From assembly GCF_004010195.1 (NCBI RefSeq), contig NC_057751.1, positions 16,289,024-16,325,873 on the forward strand: a stretch of DNA of 36,850 nt, in the 5' to 3' direction. Within the stretch, counting starts at the first letter, position 1, and each line of letters starts with the position of its first letter. Made by a program: the position numbers and the translations under genes. Source of the stretch: Chiloscyllium plagiosum (Eukaryota). Under the pieces are notes generated by a model. That model worked only from the letters and a program-made list of their open reading frames with translations. It had not been told where the DNA came from and did not search any database. Shown here piece after piece: positions 21,836 to 32,982 of the stretch.

Positions 21836-23880
21836 CTGCCCCCTTGAGAAGGTGGGGGAGAGCTGCCATCTTGGACCGTGTGTGGTGTAGGGACCCCCCC
21901 CCCCCCCCCCAACACAGCGCTCTCAGGGAGGGAGTCCCAGGATTCTGACCCAGCGACACTGAAGGAACGGCCGATACATTTCCGAGTCGGGACGGTGAGG
22001 GGCTTGGAGGGGAACTTGCAGGGGGTGGTGTTCCCATGTACCTGCTGCCCCTTGTCCTTCCCGATGGAAGTGGCCGTGGGGTTTGGAAGGTGCTGTCTGA
22101 GGAGCCTGGGTGAGTTGCTGCAGTGCGTCTTGTGGATGGTACCCACTGCTGTTACTGAGCGTCGGGGGGTGGAGGTAACACCACTGAACGTCAAGGGGGC
22201 GATGGTTAGATACTCTCTTGTTGGAGTTGGTCACCCCATGATGATGATAGTGGGGGATTCAGTGACGGTAACACCACTGAACGTCAAGGGGGCGATGGTT
22301 AGATACTCTCTTGTTGGAGTTGGTCACCCCATGATGATGATAGTGGGGGATTCAGTGACGGTAACACCACTGAACGTCAAGGGGGCGATGGTTAGATACT
22401 CTCTTGTTGGAGTTGGTCACCCCATGATGATGATAGTGGGGGATTCAGTGACGGTAACACCACTGAACGTCAAGGGGGCGATGGTTAGATACTCTCTTGT
22501 TGGAGTTGGTCACCCCATGATGATGATAGTGGGGGATTCAGTGACGGTAACACCACTGAACGTCAAGGGGGCGATGGTTAGATACTCTCTTGTTGGAGTT
22601 GGTCACCCCATGATGATGATAGTGGGGGATTCAGTGACGGTAACACCACTGAACGTCAAGGGGGCGATGGTTAGATACTCTCTTGTTGGAGTTGGTCACC
22701 CCATGATGATGATAGTGGGGGATTCAGTGACGGTAACACCACTGAACGTCAAGGGGGCGATGGTTAGATACTCTCTTGTTGGAGTTGGTCACCCCATGAT
22801 GATGATAGTGGGGGATTCAGTGACGGTAACACCACTGAACGTCAAGGGGGCGATGGTTAGATACTCTCTTGTTGGAGTTGGTCACCCCATGATGATGATA
22901 GTGGGGGATTCAGTGACGGTAACACCACTGAACGTCAAGGGGGCGATGGTTAGATACTCTCTTGTTGGAGTTGGTCACCCCATGATGATGATAGTGGGGG
23001 ATTCAGTGACGGTAACACCACTGAACGTCAAGGGGGCGATGGTTAGATACTCTCTTGTTGGAGTTGGTCACCCCATGATGATGATAGTGGGGGATTCAGT
23101 GACGGTAACACCACTGAACGTCAAGGGGGCGATGGTTAGATACTCTCTTGTTGGAGTTGGTCACCCCATGATGATGATAGTGGGGGATTCAGTGACGGTA
23201 ACACCACTGAACGTCAAGGGGGCGATGGTTAGATACTCTCTTGTTGGAGTTGGTCACCCCATGATGATGATAGTGGGGGATTCAGTGACGGTAACACCAC
23301 TGAACGTCAAGGGGGCGATGGTTAGATACTCTCTTGTTGGAGTTGGTCACCCCATGATGATGATAGTGGGGGATTCAGTGACGGTAACACCACTGAACGT
23401 CAAGGGGGCGATGGTTAGATACTCTCTTGTTGGAGTTGGTCACCCCATGATGATGATAGTGGGGGATTCAGTGACGGTAACACCACTGAACGTCAAGGGG
23501 GCGATGGTTCAATTCTCTCTTGTTGGAGACGGTAACCCCCAGGATGTTGATAGTTGGGGGGCGTTGGGGGGTGGGGGAATACAGTGACGGTAACACCACT
23601 GAACATCAAGGAGGCGATGGTTCGAATCTCTCCTGTTGGATACAGTAACCCCCAGGATGTTGATAGTTGGGGGGCGTTGGGGGGAATACAGTGACGGCAA
23701 CACCACTGAACGTCAAGGGGGCGATGGTTCGATTCTCTCCTGTTGGAGACAGTAACCCCCAGGATGTTGATAGTTGGGGGGCGGGGGAGGGGGGAATACA
23801 GTGACGGCAACACCACTGAACGTCAAGGGGGCGATGGTTCGATTCTCTCCTGTTGGAGGTGGCGATCGCCTGACATTTGT
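21836..23880 (-). mobile_element. L2/CR1-group LINE 3' end containing a large internal tandem array
   Basis: Tail gctctcccccaccttctcaagggg on -; KCQAIATSNRRESNHRPL and TINILGVT motifs. Confidence 0.75.
22175..23476. repeat. 93-bp minisatellite, 14 apparently identical copies, followed by 4 degenerate copies to about 23858
   Basis: gtaacaccactgaacgtcaaggggg recurs every 93 bp from 22175 to 23477; translation VTPLNVKGAMVRYSLVGVGHPMMMIVGDSVT x14. Confidence 0.97.
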
Positions 23881-24799
23881 GTGTTAAAAATTGTGCTGAA
23901 ATGAACTCGGCTTCCCCCTTCCTGGGACAGGGCACAGTGTCCTGCCTTTAGCTGGAAATGCCTGCTATTAATTCACCTCAGTGCCTTAGCTCACTCCAGT
24001 TGTGAACGTATCCACCCTGTTTTCCTGCGGCTTTGCTCTGTATCTGTCGTTTGATCGGTGTCAATACAGCCCGAAGGATGTCAAAGATAAAAGGCATCAT
24101 TAAAGCAGATGAGATGCTGAGCTCTGTAACTACACGCTGAGGCTACAGGGACGAGAAAGTTCCCAGATTTCGGAGCGGATGAGGGCCATTCGGCCCACGG
24201 TTCGATCACGACAGATCATTGTTCCCCTCGGCCATAGTGCGAGTCCACAGACCCCATCGAGGCTTCTGACGAAGAAGGAATACCGAGGGTGAATTTGGGA
24301 CGGGACTACTTTGGTTCGAGACGGACAGTCCCAAAGTGACGGCCTCCTGCTGTCCCGATGCCACAAATGGAGCGATGGATTAAGCACGATACGCCAGGCT
24401 GTTCACTCTCCTCCTGCCTTACGCACCACACTAGCTATTTTGCCAGCCCTCGCCAACTTACATTGTCGAGACACAGTCGAATGTTCCCACTGACTTGATG
24501 AACAAATGCGCCTCCCCTCGCAACTTGACCCATCGTCGCTTTGGGGGTTTTCTTGTTAAACTTATAGCCGGTAAGAGATCCCAGAGCACTCGCAGAGAGA
24601 AAAACCGGGCCACCGATCCGAAAAAGCAGCGGCTCACCCTTTCCAGCGGTTGTGCTCCGCGGCAGGTTTTCATCCAAGCGCTGTCCACAGCGCTGTGACT
24701 GATCGTTACTTAACTCTCTCCAGCCAGGATCGACCAGCAGAGCCGGTCAATCAAGCAAAAGAGTGCTGGAGAAACTCAGCAGGTCTGGCAGAAATAGTG

Positions 24800-24830
<31 letters not shown>

Positions 24831-25835
24831 GGAGTGAGTACATCAAGTTTTCCGTCAGAAATGTCATGGGTTTTGAGTCGGGGGCAGAGAGACAAAACCG
24901 AATGCAACGTTTGTCACTTTTTCTTTCTCTGCATGCGCGACCGAAAGGGCCATGTGTTCACAAAGCGAAGGGACCGCTGCATCCTGTTTTGTCCCAAATG
25001 CAAGAGTCGGAAACCCGTCGTAAGTGGGGCTCCCAGGTGGGCGGAGGGAGAGACTACCTGGAGAATGACAAGGGGGACTGAGCGCAAAGTGGGATTCAGC
25101 TGGCCACAGGGTGCTGATTGGTTGGCGACCGCTAAGGGTCGTCGACAGCTTTTACCGAGCTAGTGGAGGTGAACGATACTGGCAGAAGCCATGGGACCTT
25201 CGCAAGATAGTGAGTCTCTCTCTCTCTCTCTCTGTCTCTCTCAGAGAAACACGAAACCAGGTTAATTTCCCTCGCCAGTTCCTGCAGCAGCACCCCAGTA
25301 AAGTCTAACATGAAGATTTGCTTCAGACCATAAGGCTGTGAGACAACGAGAGGGTCTTCGCATTGCAAGATCGAGAGGACAGGTTAGTGTGGATTGGCAG
25401 AAGGTAGATCCAGAGGAGATAAAATTTGGCCGAAGACCAGACGCCTATCCCTCCCGACAAACAAAGGGAGAAGGAAATGAGAGCAAACTGAAACAATTTA
25501 CAAACCAGTTCTGACTATGACCTTAAACAATTGAATTCAAGGCAGAACGATCAGATTGCTTTTCACTCGAGCGTACACTTAGAGTGAAGGAAGAGGGTGA
25601 ATTGGATGATTCCCGATGCTCAGAGTCACGTTGACAGGCTAGTCCTCGCCCAACCTACGCTTGGTTCCCCATGTAGGCCCGACTGTACTTTGGTGACAGG
25701 TACGGTGCAGGGGGGCTCAACAGGGGAATGTTGACAGGGGTTTAAACTGAAGGGAGAATTTGAGGAGACATTTGAAACGTTCCAGGGGATTAAGTTGGAG
25801 ATGTACAGGGATGAAGTTGAACATACACAGGAGAG

Positions 25836-26096
25836 AATCTTGACAGTTGTGGAAGTCAGCCATTTGGCCCAGCGAGTCCGCACCGACCCTCTGAAGAGAT
25901 CCCTGTGCATTTCCCACGGCGAATCCACCCCTACCCTGCGCACCCCTGGACGCTATGAGCAATTTAGCACGGCCAGTCCGCCCTAATTTGCACATCTTAG
26001 GACTGTGGGGGGGGGGGGAAACCCTCGCAGACGCAGGGTAACAGTCGCCTGGGGTGGAATCGGCCCCGGGTCCCCGGCACTGCTGAGCCACCGCCA
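25836..26096 (-). mobile_element. Diverged HE1-like SINE
   Basis: ggcggtggctcagcagt...gccgattcc head, gtcctaagatgtgcaaattaggg core, LINE-like tail. Confidence 0.75.
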
Positions 26097-26724
26097 TTAA
26101 CTTGAAAGCAGGCGGGAGACTCCGGGGGAAGTATGAGCCAATCCCAAGTGTTAGCTGGGAATGAGGGTTTGAGGCCTTCAGCTGGAAGACGGACAAAGCT
26201 GGAATCAACAGGTAGGGGACGCGGGTAGGAGACAACAAACGCTTGCAGAAGGCCGGCACTCGTGCAGGCGCTACAGAAATGCACGTCCCTATGCCAATGG
26301 CCGCGCCTGGCAGCTTGCTGTGCCCCCCGCACGAAGGAAGCCACAGACATGCGGACCTCCTTTTCCATTGTCCCCGCACGAGGGTCACGGCAGGAGGGAA
26401 GCGGCCAATCACGTGTCTGGATGAGGTAGCTGCCGGGTTACTCCCTCGTGACTCAGCACCGACGGAGTCAGGTGGCGAAGACGGTTTCGAAGTTGTTCTG
26501 GAATGGCCCGAAGGCCAGACCCGCCCTGGCTGGAATGTGGCGCGATTGCTCAACAAGGAAGAGATTTGGAAACATTCTGGAGTGGTGACACTCAGTGCAT
26601 CAGTCCGGGGTTCTGCCGGGCCTGTCTCCCCACGCAGCCCCACCCCCAAAACTTACCGGCTCCCTGCGCTGTGTTTCCGGTTGATGAGTGGTCACCAGAA
26701 CTGGTCAGAGCAGTAACCTCACCA

Positions 26725-27120
26725 GAACAGAGAATCCCTACAGCATGGAATCAGGCCATTCAGCCCATTGAGTCCATACCAATCCTCCGAACGGGATCTC
26801 ACCCAGACCCACGATTCCTATAACTCTCCATGGCCAATCCACCCTACTCTGCACATCCCTGAGCACTATGGGTAATTTAGCATGGCCAATCCACCCTACT
26901 CTGCTCATCCCTGAGCACTATGGGTAATTTAGCACGGCTAATCCATCCTAACCTGCACATCCCTGAGCACTATGGGTAATTTAGCACGGCCAATCCACAC
27001 TAACCTGCACATCCCTGAGCACTATGGGTAATTTAGCACGGCCAATCCACCCTAACCTGCACATCCCTGGGCACTGTGGGTAATTTAGCATGGCCAATCC
27101 ATCCTAACCCGCACATCCCT
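26725..27120 (-). mobile_element. HE1-like SINE tail plus 5-6 52-bp units, tRNA head missing
   Basis: Reverse-complement tandem units at 26826-27120. Confidence 0.85.
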
Positions 27121-27602
27121 GAAGGGGGGAGGTGGTTGAATAGACTTAAGGGCAGGGGGTTCGGAGCACGCACGCGTGCACTCTGTCACACAGCGCAGAG
27201 ACCATGGGCGATTCCCCTCGATGAGCGAGAGCTCCACTTGACAATTCAGCAAGAGTTCCTCATTCTCTCCCACCCACACACGTACCCACAACAAACCCGT
27301 CATTACTCACAACAGCGATTGTGTCGACCACAAACAGATTGGAGCCCAGTCAAAACACACTGTCGGAAAAAATCAAACCGAGCACCGCTCCGTTAAATGT
27401 CCTTTCCGATTCCCCGTGGGGCGGGAATTGGCAAGCACTGACAGACGGCAAGGAAGCCCGCAGGGATAATGCCCGAATCCTTGGAGAAATGTATCTCGGG
27501 TTGGCTTTTCTCACTGCCCCCTGTACCTGCCTGCCAACCTTTATGGAAATTCAAGAGCATGAAAGCGTTGGAAGGGTTCAAACCTGAGGACCACTTGCAC
27601 CC

Positions 27603-28658
27603 TGTGGAAGACAAGATGGGATAAGATTAGTGGAACATTCTAACACCCATTATCAGAGTAAGGTTAAGGCTGAAAGGTCACTGTGGCGAGATGAGATAAC
27701 ACAGCAGAGCTAATTTCCCTGTTTAGTGTCATTATGACTGGATTGGGACCATAAATATTTGGGACATGACATTAAATATCTAATCAGTAGTTCGTAGAGT
27801 CAGCTTGAGACAGGAGACGATTGTAATAGATGGGATAGCTAAATATCTAATCATGACAGGTTAGTCTGGAATGGACGATCACTGTAGCAGAGGTGATAAT
27901 AAATATCTAACCGTGACATTAGAATAACATTAAGTAGAATGTATAACTAAAGAGATAATGGGAACTAATATCACTGGTTTATTTTTTTTTTGAGCAATCT
28001 CCTGGTTTTTTTTTCTGTTTTTTTTCTTCTCTTTTTTTTCTAAACCCCCACACTAACGTCTAACTGCGGTAGTGCTTATTTTTTTTCCCCAGCACCCATG
28101 GTGTGTGTGTGTGCAGGTGTGAGACACAGTGAGAGACACAAAGTGTACGAATCTTTATTCGATTTCCACCACCAGGAAGATAGGAAAACACCCGGGTGGC
28201 CAGTGACAAACACTGCCCTTCACATCGAAGGACAGTGCTGTGTGATCAAAACAGTGAAGGGGAGGGTAGGGACTAATTCAAAATAGAATTGGAGGGAGAC
28301 ATGATGCACTCCACTCCCTGCGGTGCCCACCTCTCCCTGAACAACTCCAGGGTGTTGGTGGAGCGTGGGACTGAAGTGCAGCCAAAAACAGAGGAGAAGG
28401 TTTTTAAGAAAATCAAAAGGGGAATATCACTGGCTTATTGTGTAGCTGGAGGGAGGTACTTTGATGAATATAGTTAGACACGCTGATAAGCTAACAGAAA
28501 CATAATAAAAAAAAAGGTATAAAGATTCACGGACCCCGAGGTTCGGGGGCATTCGGGAATCTGCTTTCTCAGTGTCACGGTTTTTTGTTGGCAAATAAAC
28601 GACCTATTTCTTGAGGAACTCTCTGCGTCTCCTGGTGATCCTCTACATTTTCCCCACA
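27603..28658 (+). mobile_element. Possible LTR-like element hosting the Tx1 insertion
   Basis: TGTGG...CCACA ends; AT-rich U3-like block, tataaa at 28518, aataaa at 28594; no TSD seen. Confidence 0.35.
27984..28422 (-). mobile_element. 5'-truncated Tx1/L1-clade LINE with A-rich tail and target-site duplication
   Basis: Minus strand TNTLELFRERWAPQGVECIMSPSNSILN*; T-rich tail 27981-28040 on +; TSD aatatcactggtttatt (27967-27983) / aatatcactggcttatt (28423-28439). Confidence 0.75.
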
Positions 28659-29433
28659 ACTGTTCCACCATGACAGCCACGGTCTTACTGCACCCCACCT
28701 TTTCCCGAACTGCCGCCATCGTCCGCCTTCCTGGTCTTTTCCCACCGGGGTGGACGGCCTCACCTTTTAGCCGCGTTTGCCCAAGGATTTCCCCCCCCCG
28801 CCCCCCCCCCCCCCCTCCCCACCCGCCCCCCCTCTCCCCTCTCTCTCTCTCCCTCTTCATCCCCCTCCCCCTCTCTCTCTCTNNNNNNNNNNNNNNNNNN
28901 NNGGGGGGGGGGGGGGAAGGCAGCGTAGGACGGAGGGGGGGGGTCAGTAGACCCGACGCACAAAGGGAAATGTGTCCCACACTCCCCTGCCTCACGGCAA
29001 GCCCACAGCTTAACTTCTGATCTGTGTCTCAGTCCACCCACGACCCATTTCCCTCCTGCACGGGTATCCGCAGCACCCATATTGATATGGAACTACTGGA
29101 TGTCATTGCTTCCTTCACCTCACTTTCTAGCACCTTCCTGTTTGGCGTGGATTTTTTTTTTTAGAAAGCAGACATCTTAGAATTCCACCTTTGAGGGCTT
29201 GGACCTCTGTGAATCTTCGCTTCTTCGCTTCTGCGTTGCCCAGGGTTTCCGAGGCAGACTGGAGGGAAAACGTGGCATCTTCCACCAGAGAGCCACAGCA
29301 GGGCAGGAGGATGACACTCAGCTCCTCGAATGAGCATCAGGGACCCGTCAACAAGTCTCCTTTCTTGCCTCCACTCTCTGTCGCCAGGTAAGTGCCTCAT
29401 GACCCACTCCAACCCCTCAACTGAACCTGCCTC

Positions 29434-29801
29434 CTCCCCCAGGTTTCCAGGCAGTGCATTCCCACACCCTAACCACGCGCTGGGTGAGGGGGTTCTCTCT
29501 CACGTCCCCCTTGCTTCATTTGAACGTCCCTTCAAATGTCTGCCCCCACCCCCCCCCCTCGTTCTTGTTCCTTTCACAAACAGGGACAGCTTCTCTCTCT
29601 CTCTACCCTGTCCAGCCCCCACTCCCTGATTCTGAAATCCTCTATCGGGAGGAGGACGCTCCCAACGTCTTCCATCTCTCTCCTCATCGCTGATGTTTCC
29701 CGTCCCCGTTTTTGTAAATCCCTTCTGCGCTCTCTCTCTCTCTCCCCAACATTTTCACATCATTCCCATAATGTGGCGCACACAACTGGACACAATACCC
29801 C
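29434..29801 (-). repeat. Decayed CR1-like fragment; near-identical inverted copy of 8362-8716
   Basis: Direct comparison; adjoins further CR1 RT remnants (DVVYMNFQKVF on - at about 29885-29918). Confidence 0.9.
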
Positions 29802-31227
29802 CAGGGTGGGGGTGGGGGGGCAAGCAGCCCTTTTATTGATGACTAATAAGGCTCCTCACCAGTCTGTTGTGTGGAACTGTAGAGAACACCTTCTGGAAGT
29901 TCATGTACACCACATCAACAACATTGCCCCCAGTGACCCTTCGCATTCTCTCTTCCCAAAGCAAAACTCCAGCAAGTTAGTCCAAGGCGGTAGCCCCTTT
30001 GGGAATCCACGCTGGCTCTTCCTGATCGACCTGACGGTTTTCCACGCGACTCACGAATTGTTTCTGGAAGCTTTCTCGCCCACCAAAGGTGCGAGGATCC
30101 TTCCAACTGCTCTTGACCAAGGCTGTGATGTTGCCGATGCACCACTGGAACTCTCGCTTCCGTGAAAATCTTCACATCCGGATCCTTGCGAGCCAGGATT
30201 CCCTCTTCTGTCGCACTGGCCAGGTTGGCAACCCCCTCGTTGTTAACGCCAGACGCAAGATATTCATTCAGCATGCCAGCCATGATGGAAGTTGCTTGGG
30301 GTTGTGTTGTCGTTGGACAGAGGGACCTAGGAGCTCTTCAGCTTAATTTTCTACCCCCGCCAGCACCTTCCCAGGCAATGATCGCCGTCTCCGAGATGCC
30401 CGCCTGGTCTGAAGTTCCCTTTTCGTTCCTTTCAGGAGAACGTGGGCGTTGCTTGCACTTGAACTGAGTGGCGTGGCCGTTTCTGAGGGCAGTTCGGAGT
30501 CGACCACGTTGCTGCGGGTCTGGAGTTACGCGCGATCCAGCAAAATTTCCTCCTCTCATCTCCCCGCACAACTGAACTCCCTCGACCCTTGGCGTTGCCT
30601 TGGTAACTGTCTCCGCACGCTCTCCCCAGCCTTCGTCCTGAGGCCTCCTTCATCCAATTGCACATTCCTAGTGACGCGCAAACTCCTGGCATCACATCTC
30701 TGTGTTTGCACCCACACAGAAAGTCTTCTTGTCAGCGGTGGGGTGGGGGAGGAAGGGTGGATGACAGGGGGAGAGGTGTTATCCCCTTGTGGGTCGGTCC
30801 AGGGCCAGAGGGCGTCATCTGGGCTCACCCATTGAAATCAGAGACGAGGAGGGACTCCTTCTCTCCCAAGGGCAGTGAATCGGTGGAACGTTTTAACCAC
30901 AGAGAGCTGTTGAGGCTGGGTGATGACGTCCATTCGTGGCAGAGGTAGATCTTTACTCATGATAGGGGATCAAGGTAAGCGGAGTTGAGCATTACTGGGT
31001 CAGCCATGATCTCAATGAACGGTGGAGCATATTTGACGGGTTGAAGGGCCTCTACGACTTCCGTTCTTGGACTTAAAAGGAACATAACATGATGGTGGTG
31101 GGCTGACTGAAAGGAAACAACTGGGATGAGCTAGTGGACACGGCAGTTAACACACAAAGAAGCATCTCCCAGTGCTCTCGAGAGCACAATACCAGCCTCT
31201 TGGAAAAGGCCTCTCAGTCCAATTCGG

Positions 31228-31490
31228 TAGCACGGTGGCTCAGTGGTTAGCACTGCTGCCTCACAGCGCCAGAGACCTGAGTTCAATTCCCACCTCAGGC
31301 AACTGCCTGCGTGGAGTTTGCACATTGTCCCCGTGACTGTGTGGGTTTCCCCCCACAGTCCAAAAACGTGCAGGTTAGGGTGAACTGGCTATGCTAAATT
31401 GCCCGCAGTGTTAGGTGAAGGGGTAAACGTAGGGGAATGGGTCTGAGTGGACTTGTTGGGCCCAAGGCCCTGTTTCCACACTGTAAGTAA
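31228..31490 (+). mobile_element. HE1-like SINE, single-unit form
   Basis: A box tggctcagtgg, B box gttcaattcc, one gtgcaggttagggtg unit, tail cctgtttccacactgta. Confidence 0.88.
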
Positions 31491-31769
31491 GACAGTGACT
31501 TGTGGATCCAGCAGCTGCTTAAGAGGGACTGGTAGTCTTTGAGTGAGTTTTAATGAGCAGGGCGTGAGTAGCTCCTCAGGAGGAGTCACAGTGCCCTTTT
31601 GTGGCCAAGTTCTGAACAGTGAATAAGACTGTTGTGGAACACCCACTTCCCGTGAATTAATGAATACACATCGTCCTTACACGTCAAATGCGTAGAAACA
31701 TGTACTCAGGTTGCCAGCACTGTGCAGAGAGAGGGGTGTACCTTGAATAAACTACCAAGAGTGCTTTGC

Positions 31770-32790
31770 ACCGTATGTCAAAAGGAGTGAGGAACACTAC
31801 AGGGAGAGGCTGAACAGGCTGGGGCAGGTTTCCTGTCAGAGGCTGAGGGATGACCTTATAAAATCATGAGGGACATGGACAAGGCGAACAGTCAAGGAAG
31901 TGGGCACAATCACAACACGTAAAAGGCATCTGCATGGGTACACGAACAGGAAGGTTTGACGGGGACACGACAAATGGGACTAAATTAATTGAGGATATCT
32001 GGTCGGCTTGGAGGAGTTTGACTAAATGTTGGGAACATCTCTGTAACACCGGAGAGGGTGCAGCGATTTCGAAGGACAATACCAGATACTTGTGAGCACG
32101 GATTTCAGGAAATGGTTGGCAGGCTGGGACTCAGCCATCTTGAATATTGAAGGCAAGGGGGTGACGTGAAGGGGGGGGGGGTTTAGAAGTTTAGAATCCT
32201 TTTTGTTGGGAGTGGCGAGAGGGAAGGTTTCCTCTGTCGATATCAGACAGCCTCCTCACCCCCCCCCCCCCAGGAAATCCCCATCCCAAATTCCAGCAGG
32301 ACTCCCACTCCCCTTGAGCGGTTCGGAAGGAGTTGACCACACTTGCTTCCAACGCTCGGACTTTTTCTTTTTGAGTCTCAGAGTTGGGCCGGTACGTTGA
32401 GGTTGGTGGGACCGCTTCTGCAGTACTGCGTCCAGTTCTGGTCACCCTGTTATAGGAAGGATATCATTACACTGGAGAGGGTCGAGAAGAGATTTAACCA
32501 GGATGTTGCCGGGAGTTGAGTGGTTGAACCATGAGCAGAGGCTGGGCCATTTTTCCCTGAAGGGTCGGAGGTTAAGGGGACACCTTATAGAAGTCTCTAC
32601 AATCATGAGGGGGGATAGAGAAAGTGAACGGCGGGTTTCTTTTTTCCCTTCGAGAGGGGGATTCCTGAGGTGAGAGGAGAAAGATTTGAGGAGGATGAGG
32701 TATTTTCTTTTCTTCTTGGGACGCGGTAATGTGTGCAATGAACTTCCTGAGCAAGTGGTGGGTGTGGGGACAGTTGAAATGTTCCTCACA
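31770..32790 (+). mobile_element. Cluster of decayed CR1-like 3' fragments
   Basis: cagttctggtcaccctgttataggaaggatatc...ggagagggtc, ggggacaccttatagaagtc and related remnants. Confidence 0.65.
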
Positions 32791-32976
32791 GGCAGGAAAC
32801 CGTATTTTGGAAGGGGGGGGGGGGGGTGGGGGGAGGCAGGCAGGACTGAGAAGGAGGGGAGGGAGGTTTACGACATGGATTTACAGAACGGGAAGGGTCA
32901 AATGATGTGTTTCAGGCAAGGAGCTGGTCAGCAAGGGACAAAAGAAGCCTCAGAGCCGTACAGTTGAGAAAAGGCT

Positions 32977-32982
32977 TTTATT
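32977..32982 (-). terminator. Possible polyadenylation signal of an upstream minus-strand gene
   Basis: AATAAA on - at the low-coordinate edge of about 750 bp of unique, UTR-like sequence. Confidence 0.25.

Noticed and set aside
21878..23587. 569-aa ORF as a protein-coding gene
   Set aside because: It arises from a 93-bp stop-free tandem unit read antisense to a LINE fragment; no domain or splice context.
24755..24865. Additional hammerhead in a Penelope-like remnant
   Set aside because: The core is too degenerate (CTGACGG, no stem II or GAAA in place) to support a call.
25717..26716. 310-aa (-) and 157-aa (+) ORFs
   Set aside because: No recognisable domain, partly overlapping a SINE; expected by chance in GC-rich DNA.
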